A stretch of 64,000 nucleotides of DNA from Squalus acanthias (GCA_030390025.1 CM059432.1:7750001-7814000); one strand, 5' to 3'. Shown: positions 44,260-57,900, counted from the first letter of the stretch. The notes: generated by a model not told the origin, from the sequence alone. Numbers and translations: made by a program.

Positions 44260-47240
44260 TGGCACCGCATCTCAGGAAGGATATTGGAGGGGGATTCACC
44301 AGAATGATAGCGGGGCTAAAAGGTTTAAATTATGAGGACAGGTTGCACAGACTAGGCTTGTATTCCCATAAGTATAGAAGGTTAAGGGATAAACTAAGAG
44401 AGGTGTTTAAAATGATTAAATGATTTGAGAGGGTAGATAGAGAGAAACCATGTCCTCTGGTCAGGGGGTCCAGAACAAGGGGGCATAACCTTAAAATTAG
44501 AGCCAGGCCGTTCAGGGGTGATGTCAGGAAGCACTTCTTCACACAAAGGGTAGTGGAAATCTGCAACTCTCTTCCCCAAAAAAGTTGTTGAGGCTTACAA
44601 TTGAAAACTATACAACTGAGACTTTTGTTAGGCAAGGGTATTAAAGGTTATGGAAACAAATGTTGAACACCACTTGGAAAAGCACTGAGGGTAGCAAGGG
44701 CACAGTATGTACTCTGGGTGGGGGACTTCAATGTCCATCACCAGGAGTGGCTCCGTAGCACCACTACTGACCGAGCTGGCCGAGTCCTGAAGGACATAGC
44801 TGCCAGTCTGGGTTTGCGACAGGTGGGGAGCGAACCAACACGAGGGAAAAACCTACTTGACTTCGTCCTCACCAATCTACCTGTCGCTTATGCATCTGTC
44901 CATGACAAAACTGGTAGCAGTGATCACCGCACAGTCATTGTGGAGATGAAGACCCGTCTTCACACTGAGGACACCCTCCATCGTGTTGTGTGGCACGACC
45001 ACCGTGCCAAATGGGATAGATTCAGAACAGATCTAGCAGCTCAAAACTGGGCATCCATGAGGCGCTGTGGGCCATCAGCAGCAGCAGAATTGTATTCTAC
45101 CATAATCTGTAACCTCATGGCCCAGCATATCCCTCACTCTACCATTACCATCAAGCCAGGGGACCAACCCTGGTTCAATGAGGAGTGCAGAAGAGCATGC
45201 CAGGAGCAGCACCAGGCGTACCTAAAAATGAGGTACCAACCTGGGGAAGCTGCAACACAGGACTACATGCATGCTAAAAAGTGGAAGCAGCATGCTATAG
45301 ACAGAGCTAAGCGATCCCACAATCAACAGATCAGATCAAAGCTCTGCGGTCCTGCCACATCCAGTCATGAATGGTGGTGGACTATTAAACAACTAACAGG
45401 ATGAGGACGCTCCATGAATACCCCCATCCTCAATAATGGTGGAACCCAGCATGTGAGTGCAAGAGACAAGGCTGAAGCGTTTGCAACCATCTTTAGACTG
45501 AAGTGCCAAGTGGATGATCCATATCGGCCTCCTCCTGACGCCCCCACAATCACAGAAGCCAGTCTTCAGCCAATTCGATTCACTCCACGTGATAGCAAGA
45601 AACGGCTGAGCGCACTGGATACAGCAAAGGCTATGGGCTCCGACAACATCCCGGCTGTAGTGCACTCCAGAACTAGCCGTGCCTCTAGCCAAGCTGTTCC
45701 AGTACAGCTACAACACTGGCATCTATCTGACAATGTAGAAAACTGCCCAGGTATGTCCTGTCCACAAAAAGCAGGACAAATCCAATCCGGCCCATTACCA
45801 CCCCATCAGTCGACTGTCAATCAACAGCAAAGTGATGGAAGGTGTCGTTGACAGTGCTATCATGCGGCACTTACTCACCAATAACCTGTTCACTGACGCT
45901 CAGTTTGAATTCCGCCACGACCACTCGGCTCCAGACCTCATTACAGCCTTGGTCCAAACATGGACAAAGGAGCTGAATTCCAGAGGTGAGGTGAGAGTGA
46001 CTGCCCTTGACATCAAGGCAGCATTTGACCGAGCGTGGCATCAAGGAGCCCGAGTAAAACTGAAGTCAATGGGAATCAGGGAGAAAACTCTCCACTGGCT
46101 GGAGTCATATCTCGCACAAAGAAAGATGGTTGTGGTTGTTGGAGGTCAATCATCACAGCCCCAGCACATCACTGCAGGAGTTCCTCAGGGCAGTGTCCAA
46201 GGCCCAACCATCTTCAGCTGCTTCATCAATGACCTTCCCTCCATCATAAGGTCAGAAGTGGGGATGTTAGCTGATGATTGCACAGTGTTCAGTGCCATTC
46301 GCAACTCCTCAGATAATGAAGCAGTCCATGCCCACATGCAACAAGACCTGGACGTCAATCAGGCTTGGGCTGATAAGTGGCAGGTAACATTCACGCCACA
46401 CAGGTGCCAGGCAATGACTATCTCCAACAAGCGAGAGTCTAACCACTACCCCTTCAATGGCATTACCATAGCTGAATACTCTACCATCAACATCCTGGGG
46501 GTCACCATTGACCAGCCACATAAATACTGTAGCAACAAGAGCAGGTCAGAGGCTAGGTATTCTGTGGCGAGTGTCTCACCTCCTGACTCCCCAAAGCCTT
46601 TCCACCATCCACAAGGCACAAGTCAGGAGTGTGATGGAATATTCTCCACTTGCCTGGATGAGTGCAGCTCCCACAACACTCAAGAAGCTTGACACCATTC
46701 AGGACAAAGAAGTCAGCTTGATTGGCACCCCATCCACCACCTTAAACATTCACTCCCTCCACCACCGGCGCTCCGTGGCTGCAGTGTGTACCATCTACAA
46801 GATGCACTGCAGCAACTCGCCAAGGCTTCTTCGGCAGCACCTCCCAAACCCGCGACCTCTTCCATCTAGAAGGACAAGGGCAGCAGGCGCATGGGAACAC
46901 CACCACCTCCAAGTTCCCCTCCAAGTCACACACCACCCTGACTTAGAAGTATATCGCCGATCCTTCATCGTCGCTGGGTCAAAATCCTGGAACTCTCTCC
47001 CTAACAGCACTGTGGGAGTACCTTCACCACACGGACTGCAGCAGTACAAGAAGGCGGCTCACCACCACCTTCTCGAGGGCGATTAGGGATGGGCAATAAA
47101 TGCTGGCCTCGCCAGCGATGCCCACATCACACGAACGAAAAAAAAAGATGGAGTTAAGATACCGATCAGCCATGATCTAATTGAATGGCGGAACAAGCTC
47201 GAGGGGCTGAATGGCCTCCTCCTGTTTCCATGTTCCTGTG
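44260..47240 (+). mobile_element. CR1 3' fragment split by LINE-X
   Basis: Pieces at about 44260-44660 and 47147-47240 join across the insertion. Confidence 0.8.
44660..47146 (+). mobile_element. LINE-X: 2.5-kb 5'-truncated APE-RT LINE, clade not assigned
   Basis: GDFNVHH, EPTRGKNLLDFVLT, SDH, PWFN, LDIKAAFDR, GVPQGSVQGP, LADD, MEYSPLAWMS; several frameshifts; poly(A) tail. Confidence 0.92.
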
Positions 47241-47305
47241 TTGTTTCCTGTCTGTAGCAGAGGTGATGGGTGTAGTGGGGGGGGGGGGGGGGTGGTGTTT
47301 GCTTG

Positions 47306-47470
47306 CAACGTTCCAGTTAAGCTGTGCGACCGCGCAACAGTCTGGAGCTCCCGCGCGGTCCGCTCACCGGCTTTTCAACGGGAACAACCGCTCGTGCGCG
47401 AAGATTTGAACGGGTCGCGCAGCCGGTTAAAGGTCCCACTCACGGAATTTTTTTTTTACAGGGAACATTG
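47306..47470. mobile_element. old hAT-type MITE
   Basis: Termini caacgttcc / ggaacattg; 8-bp flanks only half matching. Confidence 0.5.
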
Positions 47471-47749
47471 GTTACAGGCCATTAAAAAGAATAGAATCAT
47501 TAATTAAATCATGAACTAGAGGTGTACTATCCCAAACCTACTCTTCGTTTAAAAAAAATTAAGTGCAGCTTCCTGTTCAGTGAACATTTTCATCTGGCGT
47601 TTGTTCGGTGTGGCTGCGTTTTCACAGAAACCAGGAGTGAATTCTCCATTGAAGGAGAAATATTGTGCAGGATAATCGGCAGAACTTTTCAAGAGTCAAA
47701 AGACATCGAAGAGGAGAGCTCAATTAACTAAGATGAAAGCTATGGAACT

Positions 47750-50645
47750 TCAAGCTTGAAAGAAAAGGCACACAACGTTGCAAAGATTAGTGGTAGGCCA
47801 GAAGATTGGGGAAATTTTTAGAAACCAGCTAAGGATGACTAAAAAAATAATAAAGAGGGAAAAAATAGCTTATGAGAGTAAACTAGCAAGAAATATAAAA
47901 TCTGACAGTAAGAGCTTCTACAAGCATATAAACAGGAAGAGAGTAGTTAAAATAAACGTTGGTCCCTTAGAGGACGAGACTGGGAAAATAATAATGGGAA
48001 ACAAGGAAATGGCAGAGACTTTGAACAAATATTTTGTATCAGTCTTCACAGTAGAGGACACTATAAACATCCCAGTAATAGTAGAAAATCAAGGGGCAAA
48101 AGGGAGGGAGGAACTTAAAACAATCACTATCACTAGAGAAAAAGTGCTAGGCAAACTTATGGGTTTAAAGGCTGACAAGTCCCCTGGACCTGATGGCCTG
48201 CATCCTAGGGTCTTAAAAGAAGTGGCTGCAGAGATAGTGGATGCATTGGTTGGAATCTTCCAAAATTCCCTTGACTCTGGAAAAGTCTCTGCGGATTGGA
48301 AAACCGCAAATGTAATGCCCTTATTCCAAAAAGGAGGGAGACAGAAAGCAGGAAACTATAGGCCAGTTAGCCTAACATCTGTCATTGGCAAAATGCTGGA
48401 ATCCATTATTAAGGAAGTAGTAGCAGGGCATTTAGAAAATCATAATACAATCAAACAGAGTCAACATGGTTTTATGAAAGGAAAATCGTGTTTGACAAAT
48501 TTATTAGAGTTCTTTGAGGAGGTAACGAGCAGGGTGGATAAAGGGGAACCAGTAGATGTAGTGTATTTACATTTCCAAAAGGTATTCGACAAGGTGCCAC
48601 ATAAAAGGTTACTGCATAAGATAAGAGCTCACGGTGTTGGGGGTAATATAGAGGATTGGCTAACTAACAGAAAACAGAGAGTCGGAATAAATGGGTCATT
48701 TTCATGATGGCAATCTGTAACTAGTGGGGTGCCACAGGGATCAGTGCTGGGGCCTCAACTATTTACAATCTACATTAATGACTTGGATGAAGGAAGCGAG
48801 TGTATTGTAGCCAAATTTGCAGACGATACAAAGATAGGTGGGAAAGCAAGTTGTGAGGAGGACATAAAGGGGGAGAAATTCAGTATCGCCCCATTTGGGG
48901 CGCAATTATCGGCAGGGCGCAAAGATTAGCGCCTGGCCCTAATTATCGCCTCCGACTGCAAACTTGACTTTTATCGCCCCTGGAGGTGATTGGAGCGCTA
49001 AATCAGGCGCTACACATCTGTCTTAAGGCGCAAAGGCCGAGAAGCGAGGCACTATCTCAGAGTGCTGGCGAAGCTCATGTGATGTCAGTCAGCAATGGAA
49101 CACAGACACAATGGCGCCGGCCAGTTCTTAAAGGGGAGGGTTGATCTTGCTTTCCATCCACATCCTGCTCATTGCAGCCTTGAATCTTGGCCTGGAGAGA
49201 CCTGTACATCAAATCTGCTGGAAAGAACAATGGAGATGCCCAGGGAAGGAGCTCAGAGTGCAGCCCCCACAGTCTCTTCTAAATCGATACAAGGAAGGGC
49301 AAATCAAAATGAACCTGCAAAGTGCTGCTCAGTACCCAAAACTCCTTCACACAGCGTTGAATCTCTCCAGAAGTCTCTTTCTCTCTCTCTCAGAATGCGT
49401 GGTTCAAAAATGTCACCAACAAAAAAAGGCAGGAAGCGGTCGCCTTTAAATAGCGCTCCCCCAGTCCCTTCCTGACTGCAAAACGCTCCCCTCAACCTGT
49501 CGTTGCTAGCGGCAGCCGGTAAGGCAGGGAGCGCCACTCAATATCCACTCCGGGGCGCTACCGGGGCGTTGCGCACTCGACTGACCTCATGATCTGCCGG
49601 CGCAGGAGATCGTGGCGGTAGTGTTTAGCGCCGCCGCAAAATGTCTAGTTAATTTCGCGAGCGACACAAACATCGCTGCGCCCAGGTGCTAGTTGCTTTG
49701 CACCCCATTAGCGCCCTCTTAAGGCACTAACAAGAGGCACAACCAACTGAATTTTTCCCCCAAAGAGTCTGCAAAGGGATATAGATAGGTTAAGTGAGTG
49801 GGCAAGAATTTGGCAGATGGAGTATAATGCGGGAAAATGTGAGGTTATCCACTTTGGTAGGAAGAATAGAAAAGAAAAATATTATTTAAATGGAGAAAGA
49901 CTACAGAATCCGGCGGTACAAAGGGATTTGGGTGTCCTCGTACATGAATCACAAAAAGTTAACATGCAGATGCAGCAAGTAATTAGGAAGGCAAATGGAA
50001 TGTTAGCTTTTATTTCAAGGGGGATGGAGTATAAAAGTAGGGAAGTCTTGCTACAACTGTATAGGGCGCTGGTGAGACCACACCTGGAGTACTGCGTACA
50101 GTTTTAGTCTCCTTATTTAAGGAGGGATATACTTGCATTGGAGGCAGTTCAGAGAAGGTTCACAGGGTTGATTCCTGGGATGGAAGGGTTGTCTTCTGAA
50201 GAAAGGTTGAGCAGATTGGGCCTATACTCATTGGAGTTTAGAAGAATGAGAGGTGATCTTATTGAAACATATAAGATTCTGAGGGGGTTGGACAGGGTAG
50301 ATGCTGAGAGGATGTTTACCCTCGTCAGGAATCTAGAACGAGGGGGCAAAGTCTCAGATTAAGGGGTCGCCCATTTAAGACGGAGATGAGGAGGAATTTC
50401 TTCTCTCAGAGGGTCGTGAATCTTTGGAATTCTTTACCCCAGAGAGCTGTGGAAGCTGAGTCATTGAATATATTCAAGGCGGAGATAGACAGATGTTTGA
50501 GCAACAGGGGAGTCAAGGGTTATGGGGAGCGGGCAGGAAAGTGGAGTTGAGGCCAAAATTGGATCAGCCCATGATCTCATTAAATGGCGGAGCAGACTCA
50601 AGGGGCTGAATGGCCTGCTCCTGCTCCTATTTCTTATGTTCTTTT
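47750..50645 (+). mobile_element. CR1 LINE, 5'-truncated with RT, interrupted by a Harbinger MITE
   Basis: ORFs 47778-48707, 48729 (PQGSVLGP, KFADD), 49817-50107, 50138-50362; 3'UTR and tail. Confidence 0.95.
48869..49761. mobile_element. PIF/Harbinger MITE (893 bp), AAA TSD
   Basis: TIR gggggagaaattcagt / actgaatttttccccc; removal restores CR1 gaggacataaagagtctgcaa. Confidence 0.93.
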
Positions 50646-51285
50646 GTAAGCTGCAAGTCCCGATGACAGCTTGTAACCCCAGAAGGAATTTTACAAGCAA
50701 ATCACTTTGAAAAGTAAAGCATTTCACTCCGCATTTTCAACCAATTAAAATATAACCCGGTAACCAATCTGACAGGTGTGAATGATTTGCTATGCTCCTT
50801 TTAGATAAACGGTTAATTTTATATGGCTTTTCTCTGCACTGTGTTGCTATTTTTAACTAAGAGAGTGTTGCTTAATGGAATTCTTTTTGAAGATTTTAAT
50901 TTCTTCACACAGAGTGACTTATCTTCAGGCTAATGGAGCCGTGATTATAACCTGGAAGCTGCCACCAATATTAGTTGAAAAGTCTGTGTTATTGAAGGGT
51001 TGCAGTGCAGTTATTTCAGGAGGAGCACGTGACACACACCTGTTCCTTGCCTCATTGCCGTTCAGGAAGGCGGCTTCTGTACGCTATCGTGCTGAACAAG
51101 GGCATTCAAGTAGCGAGGCTCATTATTGCTGCCATAACAACTGCTTAATTGGAAAATGCACAGCTTTAGGGTAAACTTGCCAATCCCAAATGCTCATGAC
51201 AGCCAATCTGCGCACAGCAAGGTCCCAACAACGACAATGAAATCTATTTTAGCTGTTGGGTGGGGGATAAATATTGGGCAGGACA

Positions 51286-51850
51286 GTGGGGCTCTGGTGA
51301 GACCACACCTGGAGTATTGTGTACAGTTTTGGTCTCCTTACCTAAGGAAGGATATACTTGCCATACAGGGAGTGCAACGAAGGTTCACCAGGCTGGTTCC
51401 TGGGATGGGGGGGATTGTCCTATGAGGAGAGATTGAGTAGCTTAAGCCTATATTCTCTAGAGTTTAGAAGAGTGAGAGGTGATCTCATTGTAACATACAA
51501 AATTCTTACAGGGCTTGACAGGGTAGATGCAGGGAGGATGTTTCCCCTGGCTGGGGAGTCTAGAACCAGGGGTCACAGTCACAGAAAAAGGGGTCGGCCA
51601 TTTAGGACTGAGATGAGGAGAAATTTCTTCACTCAGAGGGTGATGAATCTACCCCAGAGGGCTGTGGAGGCTCAGTCGTTGAGTATATTCAAGATAGAGA
51701 TCGATAGATTTTTGGACTCGAGGGGAATCAAGGGATATGGGGATAGTGCAGGAAAGTGGAGTTGAGGTCGATGATCAGCCATGATCTTATTGAATGGCGG
51801 AGCAGGCTCGAGGGGCCGAATGGCCGACTCCTGCTCCTATTTCTTATGGT
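51286..51850 (+). mobile_element. CR1 3' fragment inside a degraded SacSINE1-like copy
   Basis: [16 protein letters not shown] to the 3'UTR; minus-strand SINE pieces at about 51200-51285 and 51851-51930. Confidence 0.88.
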
Positions 51851-51929
51851 ATTCAAAATAGTGCCATGGGATCTTTTACATCCACCTGAGAGGGCAGACG
51901 GGGCCTCGGTTTGACATCTCATCTGAAAG

Positions 51930-52340
51930 ATAAAAGAAAGAAGACTTGCATTTATATAGCGCCTTTCGCGACCACCAGATGTCGCAAAGTGTTTTACAGC
52001 CACTGAAGTACTTTTTGAAGTGCAGTCAATGTTGTAATGTAGGAAACGTGGCAGCCGATTTGCGCACAGCAAGCTCCCACAAACAGCAATGTGATAATGA
52101 CCAGATAACTGGTTTTAGTGATGTTGGTTGAGGGATATATATTGGAAAAGACACCAGGGATAACTCCCCTGCACTTCTTCGAATGCTGCCATGGGATCTT
52201 TTACATCCACCTGAGAGGACAGACGGGGCCTTGGGGTAACATCTCATCTAAAAGACGCACCTCTGACAATGTAGCACTCCCTCAGCACTGCACTGAACAT
52301 GCCAGCATAGATTATGTACTCTGGAGTGGGGCTTGAACCC
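51930..52340 (-). mobile_element. DeuSINE, SacSINE1-like
   Basis: Core and tail as other copies. Confidence 0.85.
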
Positions 52341-52544
52341 GCAAAGATGCTGGAGCCAGTTTTGAGGCCTAGGGCCAAACGGGCAACCCACGCAGCTTGC
52401 CAGTTTTGGGCCTGAGGAATTTCGTCCGAGTCCTACGTCGAGCCTGCCCGCGGGTAGGTCCTATGATGGCGGGTAAGGGATGTGGATGGGTTGGTGGGGT
52501 TAGTGGGGTTGGGGGGAGGCTCAATCCAGGCTGGCAATGGACTG

Positions 52545-52982
52545 CAGGGGCCATAAATATAAGATAGTCACTAATAAATCCAATCGGGAATTCAGGAGAA
52601 ACTTCTTTACCCAGAGAGTGGTGAGAATGTGGAACTCGCTACCACAGGGAGTGGTTGAGGCGAATAGCAGAGATGCATTTAAGGGGAAGCTAGATAATCA
52701 CATGAGGGAGAAAGGAATGGAAGGATACGCATTTTTAAAAATTCGTTTATGGGATGTGGGCGTCGCTGGCAAGGCCAGCATTTATTGCCCATCCCTGATT
52801 TCCCTTGAGAAGGTGGCGGTGAGCCGCCTTCTTGAACCGCTGCAGTCCGTGTGGTGAAGGTGCTCCCACAGTGCTGATAGGGTGAGATGAAGTAGGGTGG
52901 GAGGAGGCTCGTGTGGAGCATAAACACCGGCACGGACTGGTTGGGCCGAATGGCCTGTTTCTGTGCTGTAAGATTCTGTGCA
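52545..52982 (+). mobile_element. CR1 3' end interrupted by a short antisense LINE-X tail (about 52731-52874)
   Basis: RGHKYKIV...WNSLPQGVVEAN, resumes at gatagggtgagatga. Confidence 0.85.
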
Positions 52983-53424
52983 ATTCTACGTATCATTAGT
53001 TCTTGCACATCTAGAAGATTCATAGCAAGATGTCTCTAGTACTGGCTAGAGCTCCCTCAGGCTTAATCACACAACTTAATTACACAGACCACAGCTGGTG
53101 GTCATGATGAATTGTGGCTTACTCGAAGAGAGTAAAAATATAATTGCTTGTTCACCGCTGTTTTTGTGCCGCAGTTGGATTCTACATTTAGATTAGATTT
53201 TCAATGCAATGCTATTAGAATGCTATTTGAAACGGAGACTGATGATATTACATTCTTCCGCAACAGTACTTCCAAGCTAGTGCCAGAATCCTGCTCTCAC
53301 AGGCTTTGTGGTTCTCCTTTGATATCGTGGGTAGGGCTTTCCTTTCAGCCTAAAGTCCCATCAAAATGACCTTACGTTGTGTTCTTCTAATTTTAGACAG
53401 CGAACAATGCTGTTGGGATTGACA

Positions 53425-53880
53425 GGAAAGAAAGAAAGTCTTGCACTTAATACTGCACCTTTCACAACCACCGGACGTTTCGAAACACTTTACATCCAAT
53501 TAAGTATTTTTCGAAGGGTGGGCAGTGTTGTAATTTGGGAAACGCAGCAGCCAGTTTGCGCACAGCAAGCTCCCACAAACAGCAATGTGATAATGACCAG
53601 ATAATCTGTTTCAGTGATGTTGATTGAGGGATAAATATTGGCCCAGGACACCGGGGAGAACTCCCCTGCTCTTCTTCGAAATAGTGCCGTGGGATCTTTT
53701 ACATCCACCCGAGAGGGCAGACGGGGTCTCGGTTTAAGGTCTCATCCGAGAGACGGCACCTCAGTACTGCACTGGAGTGTCAGCCTAGATTTTTGTACTC
53801 AAGTCTCTGGAGTGGGGACTTGAACTCACAACCTTCTGACTCAGAGGCGAGGGTGCTACCCACTGAGCCACAGCTGACAC
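53425..53880 (-). mobile_element. DeuSINE, SacSINE1-like, near full length
   Basis: Head gtgtcagctgtggctcagtgggtagc on the minus strand, core and tail. Confidence 0.87.
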
Positions 53881-54387
53881 TGAAGAAAGAACGGCAGTGT
53901 ATAAAGTAGGCAGGGTTACTAGCTACAGATACAGAAATAACTGTCAGCACTTCAAAGGAATTTTTTTCGGGAAACGACTCCATTGAAGTCTCTGGTGACG
54001 AGACTAGCGGGCGCACTCACAGCTGAAACATTACCAGGGCTTAAGATTCACATCCAATTCTCTTTAGACGGTTTCATGTTCACCCATCTGTTTTTGTTCA
54101 CAATTGCACGATCCCTCACAGATAACTCTAAGGCACGTTCAGGCGTCTTTGCATCGCTACCAACGTCACTAAAACAGATGATCTGGTCAGTTATCTCATT
54201 GCTGCTTGTGGCAGCTTGCTGTGCTGAGTTTGCTACATTGCAACAGTGACGACACTTCAAAAGAACTCCATCGGCTGTGGAGCACTTTGGGAAGACCCGA
54301 GGTCGCAAAAAGCGCTGTAGAAACGCAGGTCCTTTCTAATGCGTTATTATTTTCAGCCTAACTTCATTTTAAGTTATTAAAGTCATA

Positions 54388-57300
54388 GGGCTGGATAATG
54401 CCAGTGTGGGCGGGCTGGGGCGTGTCAGGTGGAAATCGTGTCAGGACCCCGACTCCTAAGTGAAGTGCTGAAAAAGTGGGATTTTCCCCTAATTGGGCAA
54501 TTGATTTCCTGCGTGTGGGAACACCTGGCCCAATGAGTCTGTTCATACAGAAAGTCGCCTCCGATGAAGTCATCAATGCTGCTGGATTTAAGACCTGCAA
54601 GCAGCCTTGCTTCTTCTGGAGATTGCAAAGGCTTTGGACATTGTATGAAGGTGTTGATTTCCCGACAATGTCCACGATCAAGCAAAAGTGTGCACCTCGG
54701 TTTGATGAGCCCTCCCTCCAAGCTCTGGTGCATGGAGCCAGATGTAATAAGGAGGTGCTCTTCCCTTCCTCAGGGGGAAAAAAGCCACCCCAGCAGACAA
54801 AAGCTGTGTGGCTACAAGTGGCCCAGGAGGTCAACTCCATTTCGCTGAGCCGCAGAACCTGGCTGCAATGCAGGAAGAGGTTTCATGATCTTCTCCGCAC
54901 AGGAAAAGTGAGTATGACTTTCCCATCACCCTCAATCTGATCCCCATCGCCTCTCCTCACCAGCACCCTGCTTTGCCAACCTCTTCCTCCACATGCCACT
55001 TGACCCTTACATGCCTGCACCCTTACCCATTCCCTCTCTCTCGAAGGTCACATTCACTTAACTATTCTACCATGCAGCCCTCACACTCCCTATCACTGTG
55101 ATGCCATGACAACAACAACTTACTACACACAGAGAGGGCCCTTTGTCTCCTTCTAAGCATCTATGCTATGGATTATCTACACTCACTCCTTCATTCACAC
55201 TCAAACTCCTCTTGTGTCCCTCATTGCAGGAAAAGAGAGCCCACAATAAGAGGGAAAGAGCCATGACAGGAGGAGGGCCACCCTCAGTAGCCCAGCTCAC
55301 CACCCTGGCGGCCCTGGAAATCGCCGGGATCGAGGAGGATTCCCAAGTGGGGGATGGACAGATGGGCGCATCGCAGCAAGCTTTTGACAGAATAGTTTTT
55401 CATCTCTCTCATTGACATTGCATGAGTCACTGATAATGAATCTGATGCTCTAACAGATTGACTTATGATCATCTGCACTATTCAATGTTCATGTAACCTT
55501 GACCTCACATCTCTAACTCTTTCCTTTACTCCCCCACTGGACCATCGAAAGCCCCCATCCCCACTGTCCAGGAGGAAGAGCCTGAGCTTCCAGCCTCCTC
55601 AGAGGAAGCTGCAACCTCTGAGGGCGCAGCCTCAGCAGAATTCAGCGCACCCAGCACCAGCGCAGACACTCACACCTCGGTGGGACCTTCTCGAGATAGA
55701 GCAGTGTTGGCACCTGGTGTATCATAGCTCACAAGTGAGCATCAGCAGATGGTGGAGACAGGGACAGCAGTGGAGAGTCCTCGTCGGAGGGCGCAGGACT
55801 CTGCCAGCTCGGCTCAGCTGCATGTCGACCCTGTGCCTCCGGGTCCATCCAGAACGAGAGCGGTGCTGGAACTCCAGGAACAGGTGCAGGAGTCTCTGGC
55901 AGGTTTTGTCTCCAGGGTCGCTGCGAGTGTCGAGCGAATGGAGGAGTCCATCGCGAACATGAGCAGAGCCTTTGTGGAGGCATTGGCGCATAAACGCATC
56001 ACCATGGAAAGGATGGCAACCTCCGTGGAAAGGATGGCTACAGTAGAGGAGAGAATGGCTACGGCCATGGAGGAGCTAAGTTGCCAGAGTGTAGAAAACA
56101 TGGTCATTGTTCAGAATAGACTGGCATCTCTTGAGGAGCGATGGTCAGCTACTGAGCATAGAAACCAGACCTTCATGGAAGTCCTCTGGAGTAGGACTTC
56201 CAGTGCAGAAACGGGTCCTCATGGCCCCCCTGATGTGCAGCAAGGTGCTGTCAAGCCACTTGCTAGCTCTGAAGTGGGGCTGACCCATGAGAGGGATGTT
56301 GGTGGCAGACAACAAGGAAGTGGGGGCTCCTCTCTAAATGCTCAAACGACCATGCCACTGCAAAGCCCTCGGTCAGAGCCCCACCAGAGTCCTCACCCAA
56401 CTGAGATGGGCATCTCATCCCCTGCACAGCCGCAGGAGCAGCAGACTGTTGCCGAACCCTCACAGGTTCACAACCCCAGAGGACAGCCGCCAAAGGTGTC
56501 AAGACAGGAGCAGCAAGAAAGTGAGCAAGGGGCCTCCACATCTGCTGAAGCCACAGGGGAAGCACCATGTAGGAGCACGCGTAAGAGGAAGATAATGCAC
56601 AAGTAGTCACAAGGGTAGTCACTTGGGTGTTATGTTGTGTTTATTTTTGAAATGCCACCAGTTGCTTGTTGTGATAAAAAAATCTGATGGCAAACTGTTG
56701 AAGTTGTGGCGTGTATCATTTTGCAAATGGGACTTCCACATTGAGGGCTTAGAGTGACTTGCAATTGTCAGTATGGTGGTCAGAGTGATAGGAATCCACA
56801 GGTTCTTGTCCATTGTCGATGCTCTGGTAAGAAGGTGCGAGGCAAAAGTGTTTGATTGTACAGGCTAAGCAAATGTGACCAACATGGGTGTGTCCCTTGC
56901 ATCCTGGGCAGCAATATGGTCGCGCTCTTGCGACTTCTGGCCTGTGCATCTTCAGGTGGGTGACTAGCAGCTTGGCGCTCCTGTTGCTGCTCCTGCTGTT
57001 GGTACTGCTGTTGCTCATGGTTCTGCTGCTGCCGCGGCTGGTCTTCATCCGAATCTGATGTCCAGGAGGAAAGGAATTAAATAGTCGCCATACTTCTGGT
57101 ATATGCCTCAGTTGAGGAAGTGCTTAGTCAAGTTGGGGAGAGGGGTTTCCCAGGAGGCCACACTGGAGATGGGTGTCAGGCTCCAAACTTCCACAACACT
57201 GAGTATGCCTGCTAAAAGTTACCCCAGACCTGAAACGACAAAGTTCTGCCACCTGCAAATGATCATTGGTGAAAACTCCTTTGTAATGGTGGAGCTGCAG

Positions 57301-57621
57301 CTGTTCGTAAGCAATCCACTTGTGAGGCCGCCAGCATTACCTGGCGTGTTCCAGAGGAGGTGTGAGGGATGGGGGGAATGACTAAAAATCGGAAAGGACT
57401 CTCAAAATGGGATTATAGAGGCTATTAAGCGGTTGTTAAGGGCCTTAAGGGCCTATCCCGCCTCTTGGAGGCGGGATGGAAAGGGGGTCAAAAAACACGC
57501 TTTTGGGAAAATTGCTCGGAGGCGGGATGGAGGCGGGATCAGGCCTGCCCGCCATTTTTGGCGATTTTAACAACTGACACGCCTCCAATCCCGCCTCCTT
57601 GGGCCTGGCAAAATTGAGTCC
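54388..57621. mobile_element. 3.2-kb PIF/Harbinger element with Myb/SANT gene and deleted transposase, ATA TSD
   Basis: Imperfect TIR gggctggataatgccag / ctggcaaaattgagtcc, ATA both sides. Confidence 0.9.
54668..56606 (+). pseudogene. three-exon Harbinger Myb/SANT protein gene (lightly damaged)
   Basis: Exon 1 54668-54907 (CAPRFDEPSLQALV...VLFP...WLQVAQEVN...RTWLQCRKRFHDL, donor gtgagt); exon 2 from 55230 (cag acceptor, EKRAHNKRERAMTGGGPP); exon 3 from about 55540 to 56606 with one in-frame TAG, coiled-coil ERMAT repeats and basic tail RSTRKRK. Confidence 0.85.
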
Positions 57622-57632
57622 ATAGAGTCATA

Positions 57633-57900
57633 GGGCTGGATTTTGTCTTGGGGTCGGGTTGGGGTCGTGTCCTCCACATTTCGTGTTTCCCCCCCCGACT
57701 CCAGATTAATGTGGATGAATGATGCAATTTTAACTTAATTGGGCAATTGAGTTTCAGCATGTGGGAACCCATGAACCAATTAGTGGTTTCAGCCTGAAAC
57801 CCGCCTCTGATGATGTCATCATTGCTGACTGCCTGCTCACAGAGATTGTCTGGCTGCTGGTGAGAGAGGACCTGCCTGGCTTTTGATGTGATTGACCTGG

